Assembly: GCA_001938485.1 (NCBI GenBank)
Contig: MQRK01248900.1
Coordinates: 79,055 to 143,054 of the forward strand
Direction of reading: 5' to 3'
Source of the DNA: Girardia tigrina
Taxonomy: Eukaryota
Length of the DNA stretch: 64,000 bases
Shown: in pieces, positions 12,701-26,957 of the stretch
How positions within the stretch are numbered: the first letter of the stretch is position 1
How the letters are laid out: each line of letters begins with the position of its first letter
Translations under genes and position numbers: made by a program
Notes under the pieces: model-generated
The model's input: the letters and a program-made list of their open reading frames with translations, nothing else
The model's database searches: none
Told to the model about the DNA's origin: nothing

Positions 12701-13433
12701 TTAAATTTTTAATTTATTTAAACTTGTTAATTGTCTTAACATTACATCTTAAATATTTTTTTTAATTTTATAGAATAATCTTTTATAACTTTAATTAATT
12801 TTTAAACAATATTACGTCTTTAATATTTTATGATTTAATGATATTTTTGATACATTATAATTAATTTTTTAAAGTAATTTTAAATTCTAAGTAATTTTTG
12901 GTTTTTGACAAATCTTTAATATTTTACATTCAAACTATTAAATAAATTTTTTGGAGAATTTTAAAATTTAATACATTCACTCACCATTTACTGTATAATG
13001 TGGATTAAAAATGGTTTAAAACGGATTTTTATTTGAAAAATTGATGGGATACATGAAAATGTTTTTCAAAAAACCAATAGTTTATATAGTGTATTTATTA
13101 ATGTTTTTCATTGAAAATATATATGAGGAAAAACGTCGTAGCCATTTTGCCCAACTTCAAGTTCTCACTAAATGCTACAACTAAAATTCAATATGCTGTA
13201 ATCCAGTGAACGTTAAAAATACGATCCTAGAAACACTTGTGAAAACTAGTATAGATTGAAGTAGAGAGACATTACAAGAATGAGGACTGTTTATCCGAAG
13301 AAGCGATGACAACTCTAAAGTCAAAATCAAAAACAATTTCTCCATCTTATTAATAACTTTTATCATGCCTTTTTATCCACTTTCATTTATCTTTAAAGTT
13401 TTAATAGAGATTGTTGTATTTATTTAAATTTAG

Positions 13434-13628
13434 ATTGGCTTCATGATTTAGCGGAAAAGATGGAAAGTCCTTATTCAAGCAATTTTAGTGGTGGGCCATC
13501 CAATATCTCGATTTACGTCAGCTCGCTCTATTTTACTTGCAGCAGTTTGACGAGCGTTGGGTTCGGAAATGTCTCTCCAAATACAAATTCCGAAAAGATT
13601 TTTTCCATTTGTACAATGCTGATCGGAG
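13434..13628 (+). CDS. Elk: KCNH Elk-type channel exon (turret, pore helix, GFGN filter, start of S6)
   Basis: tttAG|AT acceptor completes AAT (Asn). Translates [13 protein letters not shown]...GGPS...[34 protein letters not shown]. Donor G|GTCAAT, phase 1. Confidence 0.95.
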
Positions 13629-13938
13629 GTCAATATTTTTGTAATTATTATTTGCAATATATTTAAAATGTAAAAACACTTTAACTAGCACTACTAAATT
13701 TACTGAAGCATTTTGTTTGAAAATTTGATTGTAGTTATAAATATATTTTTTTAATTTTTTAGTAACTAAAAATAAAAATTATTAATATATAATTTTTATT
13801 AAATAATGAATATTTTGCGTTTATGAAGAGTTTCAAAGACTCAAGTTTTAAAATCAACAAGCAGACACTCTTCATATGAAGGTATTGGAAAGGGCGTATT
13901 ACTGAATCCATAAACTGGAATCCATAATTGACGGTCAT

Positions 13939-14707
13939 TGTTGGGTTCTTGATCAATATTAGAATTCATAACACCAAAATTTATTAATAACACAAATAAC
14001 AATTATTCAAACAATTTTTGTTGTAATAAAAATTGTTGTTTTTAATAAAAATTTTTGTAGAGGAACTTTCTATCGTTTTCTTAATGACCAGATTCTTATA
14101 TAAAAATATGAAATTATAAATATAAATAACTGATAAGTTATATTAAAATTGAAAATTTTTAATTCTATTTATTTGAAATATTTACATTCCTTATTTTTAA
14201 ATTAAAAACCAACAAAATTTTGTAATCATATTTTTTTACTAAATTAACCATAATGATATTTTATTATTTTAGAATTAGTTTAATGTTATTTCTTTTTTTT
14301 TGAAACATTTCTAATTAATAAAGTATTTACGTTTTATTTTTTTTCAATATTTACAAATTTTATTATTTTTATGATACGTTAATGATAAGTCTTAATTAAA
14401 TTTTTTTACAAAACTATTTAGAATAACTTTTAAAATTATTACAACCTATTTTATCATTGTATTTATATATATATTTTTTTAATCAATTATTTAAAAATCC
14501 ATTATTTCCCAATTAATTTCATTTTAAGTTTTTTTTACTACAAATAAAATTCGATTATTCTCGAAAATAACTTTTTAAAATTAATTACGATATTTTTTAC
14601 ATTATTAGAAAAACTTTTGATTTTAAATATTTACTTATTTCAAATATTATAAAAAAATTATTTATTCAAAAATTTAATGGATGAACTTTTTGCATGAGTC
14701 CTTCACA
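13939..14707 (-). mobile_element. Gypsy solo LTR
   Basis: TGTTGGGTTCTTGATC...TTCACA bounded by a perfect 5-bp TSD GTCAT (13934-13938, 14708-14712). Confidence 0.8.
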
Positions 14708-14989
14708 GTCATAAATTTATTTTAATTTTGAAATAACTTTCTTAGGTATTTTCGAATCTTTTTTTGCATATTTATGTCGCGATTGAATTTCTTTTTTTAA
14801 TGAAATTTAAATTAATCTTAGAAATTATATATATATATATATATATGTGAGTGTGTGTATGTGTAAGTATGTGTATAAATATTTAATCCGAAAAAAAAAC
14901 ATTTCGTTTTTCTATGTCGATGAAATTTAATCAAAATTTGAAAAATACAAATTAAGACATTTACTTGTAAAAATTGTGTCTATAATTAT

Positions 14990-17110
14990 AATACCCTTGA
15001 GTCAAAGCGTAAAATTTTGAAACTCGTCTGTGAGTTTGGCCTTTGAAATTGATACCCAATATAGTCGAAAATCGTTACTTACTTCTCCTGAATTACTGAA
15101 TTGTTTTCCAAGTTGAAAGCATTTTTAATTCCCGAAGATAAAGCAATCTACGAGGTTTGTATTGGAGGAGTACGTTGTGTCTTAAATAGAGACACGCGAT
15201 GTTCTTCAAGCCAAAGTCGAATATATTGTTTGACGTATAGTTTTGCATGATGCTCAATGCTGGTGGATCCACTATCGTGAAGAAGTTCGAAATAAGTGAG
15301 TAGTTGCGAGAAATAATAATCAGAACTTTGCGATCATTTTTTTCCAGCTACCAATAATGGTACGATCAGTTGTACCATCCATCTAAATATGGTCACATTG
15401 GATGTCTTGAAGGTAAATCCATTTTTCCTGGATTACAATAATCTTTTCCTTAGCACTTCATGCCGAATAAACATTCAACATTTCTTGACAGAAAAGTCTT
15501 GAAATTTCTTAAAACAAAGTGACTTCTTTCCAAGTTCTTGTTGTAATATTGGACAAACACTCATTTTCTCAATGTTTGTGACTGGACAACTTTTCAATCA
15601 TTTAAAACACATTTGGACATTTTCTTCCTAAAAGTCTTTTTGAAGCTATTTTTCGGTCAAAAAGTGTTGGTTGTTCTCCTGCGAATTCTTTTATAATATT
15701 TTGTACTCTCTGCTCCCCAACATTTTACAAGAAAGCAAATGATTTCGGTAGCCGAAAAGTTATTTTGTGTTAAAATTGCAACGACGAAATTTATGTCACA
15801 TTGTATAGCTATCAAAGAATCGGTTAAATTATATAACTAACTCTAATCGAATTATTTAAATTTAAATCTTGAACTTTCCAGTCTTGGTAATGATCTGACT
15901 TAGCAAATTAACCTAAGAAAGGTCTACCAAAGAAATTCAAACTTTGATCTTGAGATATTTTCTTAGTGATAAAAACGAAATTTTATTACCTGTCCGTTTT
16001 TATTTATATAAAAATATGTTTACAATCCGTATTTATTTTCTTCATAAATTTAATCTTTCACTATATTGCAATTTAAGATACATCCAAATTGATTATGATG
16101 AAATGATTTCCTTTTTTTGTGATAAGATGCGTGAAATTCAGTCATTTTAAACTGAAATCGGGAATTTTTTCTCCGATTTATATCGATTTTCAGAAAATAA
16201 TCGGTTATCCGGACATGATGAATGATTGTATCCATTTTTATGATAATGACATTGGAGAATATCATGTCGGATGTAACGGGCGCCGTGAAAGAACATACTA
16301 CAGTCATTATGTTCACTATCTACCAGGCTACAAAGGTCGAGGTTTTTTCTTGCACTAAGACAAGGACGATGTTTTAATGTAGCAGCTGCATCGAATATTC
16401 AAACGCATGTGTATCATATTTCCTTTCTTCAGTCAAGGTTTCAGATAAAATCGATGGGAGTGGAAAAATCAGTATTATATTTATACAAACTAGTCTACAG
16501 GGATTCTGAGACATGCTAGGATGTTATGGTTCTGATTTCATGTCTCCAAGGGTAAAATTGTCTACTGAGTTTAACCATTCCACCAGCTGTATCTAATCTA
16601 ATTAGATGTATCTCATATTTGTCTTTCGCGATCGAAAAACTATTAATATTAAAACTTTGAAAACCCATATCTTGAAAAATAAATTCAAAATGATGGCAAT
16701 TGAGGATTTTTTCCTCAAATGGACATGGACAGAGCGACAATGCGCCTTCTCTATCATCAATAAATGTGATAATTGACCCAAATTCTTCACTATCTCAATA
16801 TAAAGTCATTTCAATTACTTTTCATACAGACGTAGTAATATTGTCATCAGGTTATATTCGAAAGAGTGAGAAGTAAACAATTTCAAATAGAGCCTGTTGA
16901 AATTATTGATTTTAAATTATTACTTTCATACGTAAGTTGTAATGTTAATCTATTCTGAAGATAGCACTGGACAATCCCCTGAAATTAATTACTAAAATAT
17001 AATTGGAAAATGGTGCCCTGATTTTAATAATATAAAAGCGCTTCGTTACTATCAACTTTCAAACCAAATGGTCGGTATTTTATATAGTTGCTGAAAGTAA
17101 TTTTAAAAAA
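14990..17110. mobile_element. Heavily decayed Tc1/mariner-type transposase fragments
   Basis: Higher-GC patches with degraded catalytic-region motifs (e.g. minus-strand APVTSDMIF near 16270). No clear termini. Confidence 0.35.
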
Positions 17111-18264
17111 TAGAAAGTGTATAAAAGTGATAGATAATCTCTGATTGAAGCTGCCTCTCGAAGTATTATCCCTAGAAAATATGTCACATCTGTACATTAT
17201 AAGCTTCTTTTTTAGATTAGGATTTCATTATTTAAGCATAATTGGGAATGACAATTGAAGATAATATTTCGTCAGACAACACGAAAACACTCTAAAAGTA
17301 TCGTTTTTTTTGAAAGAAATACGTGAGAATCATTATTTTTATTTTGATAATAAACGATTTAAATAATTTTTAGAATTTAAATTACACATTTATAACTATT
17401 ATTAACTATTCTTGAGAAACTGTTTTTTCGGGTAAAATTCCTGAAAAATTTGATTCAGGTTCATGTAAAATTATTTAGGGGAATTGAAAAGTAACTCCTA
17501 TTTTAAAATACCAACAATTTAATTCAAATTCCGTAAAATATAAGTGTTTTGACGGGGTATCTGGCGCATCCGCACCCATAGGGATGTGCGCCCCCTTGGA
17601 GATAATTATTAAATTTGCAAAAGTCAAATATAAAGACTCTCTCGGATAGTTTCGTCGAGATTGATAAATAAACATTGATGTTAAGAACACTAAGACAATT
17701 CTCATTATAATTTTTATTATTATAACATTTGGAGTCATTACAACTCTCGCAAGATCTTTTACTGTTGAACATCGTTCTAATTGTTTTTTTTAATTTCTAA
17801 TTTTAATCATGATTATTCGAAAAAAAATTTCTAATTCGTTTTAAAATATTTATTTCATAAAAACTTTAATTAAAAATAATAATTTTAACCATTTCTTAAT
17901 AAAAACTCAGAATAAAAAAGACTTCATAAAATTGTGAAAAATGAATTTAATTTAAATCTAATTAAATGTTTTTCTTTGTCTTTTTAAAAAATTATATTAA
18001 ACTTAATTTTAATTATTAATTTAAAAAATATAAACTTATCAAATTAATTTAATTTCTTTAAATCAAATGGTAATTAAATAATTAAACACAAATAACACCA
18101 TTTTAATTTTAAATTTTTATTCGAAAACATGTTTCGCTACTTTTGTGGCATCTCGACAAAAACTTGTAAAATATTTAGTGGAAACATTGTCATGTTCTTA
18201 GGTCGTCAGCGAATCTTACATTTAATCTTATTGATTGACCCCTCTTTGGATGACGTTTTATCAA

Positions 18265-21200
18265 TGTTAGGGAAATTCTGAATGTTGTAACTTTGTTGTT
18301 TGCATGTTGTTTAGATTGGTGACTCTCCTACTCAGATTGGATTAATATATCATTGGTTAATTATTTAAATCTAATGAGATTAAGGTTTAAACACTTTTTA
18401 ATTAAAAGTTTTGTAGTTATTAATTTTAATAATATTTTAATAAACGATTTTTTGAATTTAATATTAAAACTAATGTTTATTTTAAAATTTATTTAATACA
18501 TTTTTATCCATGAAAATTTAGACAAATTAAAAGTTAATATTATTTTAATCTCATTATTTAAATCAAAGATTTGAATATAGATACAAAAACATATTAATCA
18601 AGAACGATGCTTCCTGCAGAAAGTGCTACTGAAAATTATTCTGTTTGTGTTATTAATAAATGTTGTCACTCAAATTGTGATGTTGCTAATATGGCGACCA
18701 CGGCTCACGTGACAACGAACATTATGGGATGTGAAAACTTCAATGGATCAGAATCGGATTTGGAAGATTTCATTGATAATTTAGAACGCTATTCCGACAT
18801 TATTGGTATTGCAGAAGAGAGAAATATAGTGAAGGTGACTGTGTTTATGACATCGTCGACAATAAAAAAATATTCAGAGATGGACGATTAAAATTATAAA
18901 GAAAAATTGAGGGCTGCATATACCAAAGAAAATTCCATTCTAGATGCAATGAAGGGGTTGTTGAACTTACGGTGTTGATCCTCCAACCCAGAAGAAACAT
19001 ACAAAAAAGCAAAAAAACTAGTGCATATACTAACAAAAGAATAATTGTCTAAAAAAGAACTACTCAATTTTTATATGTATAAATATGGTTGACAGTTATG
19101 CAATCGAAAAAAAAAGAATTAAAACAAAGAGGAACAACTGAAACCAAAAATATAAAAAGCGTTGTTACCAATATTTACGAACTACGTAAAATGAAAAATG
19201 AAGAAATAGTTGTTGCATATACCCCGATAAATAAACAAGATAATTGGAACACTGTAAGTAGACGTACAGCTGTACACAAAGAAAGAACCCCGCAAAAAAA
19301 TTCCGAACACAACAAAAGGAACCAAGGAAACATTGGATACAAGCCAAAGAAGAATTATTACAGAACTGTAAAATGCTGTGCATGTCAAGAAGAAGACCAC
19401 ATAAGAAGAGATTGTCCATTGCAACAGAAACGGCTATTATAGAACTCAATGTTATCTCAACAAGAATAGATTTAATGAAAGAGAACAGTACAGTAGAAAC
19501 AGCGATTGAAAGAAAAATAATGTAGGATACTGTAATAGACCTCAAAATCGACGATACTCAGTTGTGGAAATTGATGAATACTGCAGTGCCCACAAATTCA
19601 TAAAATTTAAATTTAATTTAAATTTTGAATAAATTTATTTAAATTTTTCCCCATGGAATTTGACATCCGATATTCACATGTTCTAATCCAATATAACTTT
19701 ATCATTTTATGATCCTTAATTTTGTTGTTTCCTCGCAACTGGGGATCGAAATAATTGGACAAACATTTTTTACAGATAATTAAAATAAAAACAATTGTAA
19801 ATAAAATGTTTTTGTTTTAATAATAAATTTTTTTCGATTAAGTGTACTGAAATTTGGATATTCATTTTTTTATTAACTTATGCGATCCAAGATTTGCCTG
19901 TCGGACGAAGGGGGATTTTTATTGTCGATCGGACATTCTGTCCGGTCGCCACAACAAATACAATGACGATAGTGAATAGGAAGAGACTAGATCAAATGAC
20001 GGAAAGGCAACAAAAAGGGTGTTCGCAGATAAAACACAAAGGTATGAAAAGGATTAGGGAAACGAGGAGGCACGATCGCAATGAGAGGTGATAAATGTGC
20101 TTTCTTACATGATAAAATTAGGTATGATTGTGTGAGTGAGTGTACATGTAATTGTATGACTGGAAATAATCCCTTCGAAGATTGTAAATAAGATTGTTGG
20201 AAAGAAAAATATGAAGAAAGGTGTCTTAGTAGTAAAATGGAAAAAAGAGAAACAAAACGAAGAATTAAGAAATTTTAAAAATAACAAAGATTAACAATAA
20301 TTATGACCAACTTGGTGATAGACCAATTATAGATTTTTACATCAAATATAGAGAAGTACACTGTCTTTTAGACACCGACGCTAGATTGGATGTGATTGAA
20401 GCAAGTTTAATTAAAAACATACCTAATAGTAGGATTAGTGAATCGTGAAGACATTTAGCATGTGCAAATGCTTCGAAATTAATAAATTATGGAACAGTGC
20501 TCTTGAGGATTAAAATTGAAGCACATCAAAAGAATATAAAATTTTATATTGTCAAAGGAATGAACCCAAAAATGATAGCAGGAGTGCTCTTTTAATTTTA
20601 GAATAAAGCTGATAAAGAAATCAATACAAAATAGCGATGTATTTATAATAAGGGATAGCCCATCTGATGAAGACAGATTGAAAAGGATAGCGGAACTATA
20701 CAGCGGTAAAATCGATGATCAGTTGATGAACATGATAAATGAGTTTAAGTCAATATTCAACGCAGATAAATGGAATATTGGGAAAACATCATTGAGGAAA
20801 CACAAAATTGAAACTAATGGTGAACCGGTGTTAGTAAAGCCGTATAGACAGCCAAGGCAATTTGATAAAAAAAATAGACGAAGTTATTAAAACTTTTTAA
20901 GAAAATGATATAATCTAAAAATGTAGTTCATCATGAAACTTTCCATTGGTATGCTTCTGGAAGAAAGAGAAACAAGAAATAAGAGTGTTTATGGATTTTC
21001 GAAAGTTAAGTAAAGTTACTCTCAGACCAGCATTCCCTATGCCAAATGTGGATGATATGTTGAATACATTGAATGGTGCAAAATGTTTCAGTACAATTGA
21101 CTTGGAAAATGCATACTATCAAGTTAAACTTGATGAAGAATCAAAGATGAAAACGGCATTCTCAACAAAGAATGGTCAATATTGTTTTAAAAGAATTCCT

Positions 21201-21633
21201 TTCTGAATAGCAGCAGTTCAAGCCACCTTTCAAGAACTAATATTGAAAATTCTTGGGGAATTGAACTGGAAGGAAGCAGTTGTATATCTAACCGATATTT
21301 TGACATTTTCTAAAGATAAGAAAGAACATCTACAAAGAACAAAGAACGTGTTTCAAAAAATAAGAATCAGGTTTGAGGATAAATCCAGAGAAATGTCAAT
21401 TTCTAGTAGAGAAGACCAAGTTTTAGGCTATGTAATAAGTAAAGATGGTATAGAAACAGATAAAACAAAGATTGATGAAATTAACAAGTTTCAAAACCCA
21501 TCATGTATTAAACATCTAAGGAGTTTCTTGGGTTTAACAAATTATTACAGGAAATTCATAAAAGATTATGCAAGATATTCGAAAGTTTTAGAAGGCATGT
21601 GTGGTAAAAACAAGGATTGTGATGTTGCTAATA
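18265..21633 (+). mobile_element. Gypsy LTR retrotransposon, 3'-deleted
   Basis: 5' LTR 18265-18691 (TGTTAG...CTAATA), PBS TGGCGACC, gag with CCHC knuckle (CCACQEEDHIRRDC), protease remnant and RT. Only the last ~18 bp of the 3' LTR remain (21616-21633). TSD ATCAA on both sides. Confidence 0.9.
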
Positions 21634-22512
21634 ATCAATGATGATTTACATTCTAGATTTGGTCAATTATCACTTAGCAAATTAGTGAGAAATTAAATAT
21701 TGACGATTGATATTTTGTTTAACGTTTTAAAGAAACTTGGATTCATTTTCAAGCTCATAAATTTCGCATATATTGACAAAACCAAACCGACTTTGGGTCT
21801 AATCGTAAAGATAGAGAAAAGATATTTCAAATGCAAAAATAGCTAACTTGCATCCAAAAAACTGTAGCGATTGTTTCTATTAGAATGCAAGGAATTATTG
21901 TTTAGCTTCTCTACATGTGAAATAGTATCATCGGACGGTAAAAACTCGCCAAACTCAGTACGTCACCTAGAACCACAGTTACGTTACTCAACCTTTCGAT
22001 TAACAAACCCTGAGAAAAATAAAAACATATTGTAATGTCAACATTCACCGTATTCCACAGACCAAATCTCATCAGATGTTTGTCTGTATTGGTCATAACT
22101 GGATAAATAAATAATAAAAATGTTTATATGTGAAATAAATTAAAAATATTTTCCGCTCTTTTTGAAAACAAACCACATTGTTTCTAAGATCCAGAAACAT
22201 GAAAAACGTATGGGACCGCAGGGAACTAATAAAATTATTTTGACTAAAATATATTATATTCAATTTCACTTAAAATAAGTTTAAATTTTTGCATTCTTCT
22301 AACATTTAGAAAATTTAAGTCATTATTATTTTCAATTAAATCATTTACGTTGTTGTGATTTGAAAATATAACTTTTAAACTTTTATTTAATGGCGAATTT
22401 TAAATTATGTCTGATGAATCTGAATATTAAAAACATTCTCAGCCATCCGGATCGGGGGAGGCGTCACTTTAAAGATAAACAAACAAAATATAAAACATAA
22501 AATTCGAAAATA

Positions 22513-23776
22513 TTAGGGTGAACCAAAAGTCTTTTTCTTCAATTGTTTCTTATTACCAAATAAGGATATTATATATACATGTGTTATATCTTTTTAAACC
22601 TCTTGAACTGCTCTATCACAATATATATTAAAACTTATAATTAGTCGTTAGTATAATTTTTATTGTCTTTTAGAGAAATCATGGAAAATTTTGAAATTCG
22701 TGTTCTTTTACGACATTACTGGAAACAGGGCTTAAACGCAACTGCAGAAACAAAGAAGATATGCGAAGTTGAAGGCGATAATGTTGTCTCAAATTGTACT
22801 GCACAAAATTGGTTCAAAAGGTTCAACGAAGGCAACATTGACCTCGGAGACAATGCACGTTCAGGCCGACCTATCACCGTAGATTTCGGAGCAATTCGTG
22901 AAGTCGTCGAGGCAAATCCGTCAATAAGTACTCGCAGATTGTCGGCCGAACTCGATATTTCTCAAACATTCATTGTACGACACCTTCACGCTCTTGGTAA
23001 GGTCAATTGACGATGTCGAGAAGTGCCTCATGAATTGACACAAATTCAAGCCGAAAAGCGTTTCGAAACTTGTCAAAGATTACTTGAAAATCCGCGCGAT
23101 GACCGTTTCATCCGTCGAATTGTAACTTGCGATGAAAATTGGGTTTACTTCAGTAATCCACACCAACAAAATCAATGGTTGGACCCCGGACAAATGGCGA
23201 AACCGGTAGCGAAACGAGATCGGTTCTCAAGGAAGGCACTTTAGTGTGTTTGGTGGAATTCCGAAGGCGTGATTCACTTCGAGCTGGTTCCAAATGGTCG
23301 TACCATCGACGCTGACCTTTACTGCGTCAAACTTGATCGAATGTATGCGGCACTTGGCGAGAAATACCCCGCTTTGATCAATCGAAAGCGAGTTCTTCTA
23401 CAACAGGACAATGCAAAACCGCACACCGTCAAACAAACAAAGGAAAAAATCAAAAATCTCGACGCCTTTGAACTTCTTCCACACCTAGCTTATAGTCCGG
23501 ATCTTGCGCCATCCGACTATCACCTTTTCCGCTCTATGGCACACTTTCTTCGTGATCGCAGCTTCAATAATCTGGCCGAGGTCGAAAAAGGTGTCACCAG
23601 CTCTTCGCTTCTAAGAACAAGGATTGGTACCGCAGCGGGATCGCACAACTTGCCCATAGATGGGTTCAAGCTATAGATTCAAACGGCCTTTACTTTGAAA
23701 CTTAAATTTTTTTTATTTGTAAAATTATGTTTAAATTTTTAATAAAAAATACGAAAAGACTTTTGGTTCACACTAA
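22513..23776 (+). mobile_element. Full-length mariner (DD34D) with pseudogenized transposase
   Basis: TIRs ttagggtgaaccaaaagtc/gacttttggttcacactaa with TA TSD. Motifs VPHELT, IVTCDE, QQDNA, YSPDLAPSDYHLF. Two in-frame stops and a late frameshift. Confidence 0.95.
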
Positions 23777-24248
23777 TATTTCTCACAATAATAAATAAAG
23801 TAAATAAATTCAAGTCCAAAAAATATTTTAAATTCTTCAGTTTTTTTACAATTATTTGACATAAAAATAATTTTTTTTTCTAATTGTAGATTTCAAAGAA
23901 ACTGTCGTTTATTTTGACATTCTTTTCAATTAATTTGTGGTGTAATTAAAATTTTTTAAAAATTACGGATCTCATTAAAAAGAATAATTAATAAAAAAAT
24001 ATAATAATAATTTTCTTTGAAAACATTTTTTTCGTTTTTTGAAATATCTTTTGCTTTATTGGCAATATTTTCAAATTTATAACTTGGTTTAATTTTCTTT
24101 TAATTGAAAGTTAGTGTCATGTTTGAAGAAGTCAAAATAAGACCGTTCATTTTATTTATTAATTTAAAAATATATATTTTTAATGATATTTAAGGATACT
24201 GTTGTTTTTTAAATAGTACCTTATCAAATATCATCATGTAAATGTATA

Positions 24249-26340
24249 CAGTTTCAACTCGGATAATATCATGTTTATGGAAAATTTGAAAATCATGATA
24301 TTAACCGAGAAGTGACAATAACCGAGTTTATTTTTTTAAAAAATATAAATAAAAAACTATTTAATTATTCACTCCAATATACTAGTTTGTCTTTTTTTAC
24401 TTTTTTTTCAATATTATTTTTTCCACAATCTGCTCCAAACTATTATAAGAGTTCCAGTCATCCGCATTATTTTCATTTAAATAACTTTTCAGATTTTTCA
24501 ACACCTCGATCGCCTGATTTCCAGTAATTTTTACATTCGAACTCTCTTCATGAATATCGACTTCTCGTTCATCAACATGCTGCAAATCAATAATGCCTAG
24601 TTTCTTTTTATCGAATCAACAATTTCTTCATCATCCAATATTTCAAAACACCCGACATTTTGGTCAACATCAACATAACTTTCAAAATTAAAATCCAACC
24701 CTTCGTGTGATATTTTTAAATCCTTTTCTGCAGCCTTCATATCACCATTCAAACTAAAGCCTACCTTTTTAAAACAATTAATAATCGTAGTGGGGTGATA
24801 TCGTAGTGACCAAGAATCCTTGATTAAATTCAAAGCCTCAAAAATATTTATTTGCTGGGTTAATGTTAATGCACTTACATTTTCTTTGTCCACCTCAATC
24901 ATAACTAACAATTTTCTTATCCTACGATAATGATGTTTAAGAGCTCGGATAATTCCTTGGTCGCATGCTTGGATGTTAGATGTGTCATTTTTGGCAGAAA
25001 AACCAATTTGATATTCTCAAGTTTAATTTTTGGATAAGCCGGGCAATTATCAACAACCAGCGCAATTTTACGATTTTTAAGCACGATTTCTCGATTCCAC
25101 TTACAAAGCTACTCTCCAAAAATAACTGACATCATCTAAGCATTCTTATTACAAGTATATACGACAGGTATTTTCTTAATATCATTAAAACAGCGGGAAT
25201 TTTTATACTTCCCAATGACAAACAATGGTCTCTTTTCTCCGGCCATATTTACACGGACAAGTACGGTAAATCTTTCTTTAGGCACTTTGCCACCGTTCAT
25301 TTCATTTGATTTTAAATCATGTGAACCATTGGGCTATTATATAAAGCGGTTTCGTTCGCATTATAAATATCTACTGCTTTATATTTTTTCAATAAATTTT
25401 GACATATTGTTTCCAATCAAAATTCAGCGCCAAATTTATATGCATCAAGTTTTGTACCAAAATATTTTTATAGACAATTTCATGCCTTTTCTTCCATTTA
25501 TCAATAAAACCGGTCTTAACATCAAAATTTTTTAATCCCATTTTTTTGCAAATTGTTCGGCTTTTAGTTTCAAGGTTTCACCACTTATTGGTAAGTTATT
25601 CGCACTTGCATTTGAAAACCAAGCAAATAGTGCGGCGTCTACATCATCAATCTTACTTCCTCTTTGTCTCATTCTTGAAGCATTACCGTTTTTACTGTCA
25701 TTTAAAAGTTTTGAACGTGACTTGTGTATTTTACTTACGGTTGATGCATCGACTTTAAAAAGCTTTGCGACACTTGCAAATGTTGTTCCGGGACTTTCAT
25801 CACATGCAGCAAGTATTTCAAGTTTCTTTTAATAGTTAAGTCAATTCTTTTAAGTTTGATTTCCATTGAGTAAGTATTTTTGCTCAATTATGGCTCAATC
25901 TCCTTTTGTTTATTTGAGGGAAAGTCTGATTCAATTAAAATCCAATTGATATAATGAAATTTAAATTATAATTACTATTTAACTTTTATCAAATATTTAA
26001 TTAATTTTTAAAATGAATATCATATTATTATATAAAATATAAAAATAAAATATAAAAATTGCTAATGGAAACGGTTTCGTGACCGTTACCCAAAAGCGGG
26101 GTATTGGTAAAAGTTTTCAATTAGCAAAAACACGTTATCAGATTGCTCTTCACTTAATCGTGTCTCGCTCATGCGCAAAGACTGAATAAAAATCTCAATC
26201 TTATCAAAAAATCATTAACCGAAGAATGATATAAACCGAGGTGATATTAAACGAGTATAAAGTATAAAATATAATAATAATTATTTTAAAAACAAAATAA
26301 CCGTGATATTAAAAGGGATTATATTAACCAACTTCTACTG
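24249..26340 (-). mobile_element. pogo/Tigger-like DNA transposon (CENP-B HTH + DDE), decayed
   Basis: TA-CAGT...ACTG-TA ends and subterminal gatattaaccgag repeats. Minus-strand LVVDNCPAYP, DQGIIRALKHHYR and TIINCFKKVGF remnants. Confidence 0.85.
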
Positions 26341-26920
26341 TATATGAAAAATAATTTCGTAAAGCTTGTTTTAGAAAATGATCATTGTACATAACGATTT
26401 TAGAGGGATTTTAAATAATTTTGACAAAAATTGATGAAAGGATTATAGCTGAAACATTATTAATAACTCATCGTAAACCAAGCTCAAATGAGCCAGGTGA
26501 TTAATCAAATCATATAACAGTTCTTTAAAATAAAATTAAAATATTTTTATTGATATATTACAATATTTTAGCTTTTTTGAGAAATGTGATAAAGAATAAT
26601 TAACAAGTTGAATGTGATGGCCAAAACTACCGATTGCCCGCTGGTGCGATTATGTTTGGGTTGCTATAGTACCTTTCGAGATATCGAAGTGGGAGGTTGT
26701 ATGTATTTCTCGATGTGCTCGACACATTAACGCAATAAACTTCACGACCCACATGTAGGTCGGTGCGCAGCCGTGTGTGAGATTTATTATGCCACTGCGA
26801 TACGACCGTATTATATTCCGTATTATTTTTTATAAACGTGGGTTGTTTCGCAGCAGATGAAAATCAACAACGACCCACCGGTGGGTCCTATCGCACTCAA
26901 CGTGTTAATCTTTTTAAATT

Positions 26921-26957
26921 AAACTGAAGATTTCTTAATGGTGAAACGCGTTTTGAG
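26921..26957 (+). ncRNA. Degenerate hammerhead motif
   Basis: CTGAAGA-t-ttcttaatggt-GAAACGCGTT. Core and palindromic ACGCGT are present, but stem II is broken. Confidence 0.45.

Noticed and set aside
19584-19890. Small insertion within Gypsy gag-pol
   Set aside because: The composition shift is visible, but TIRs and TSD could not be defined.
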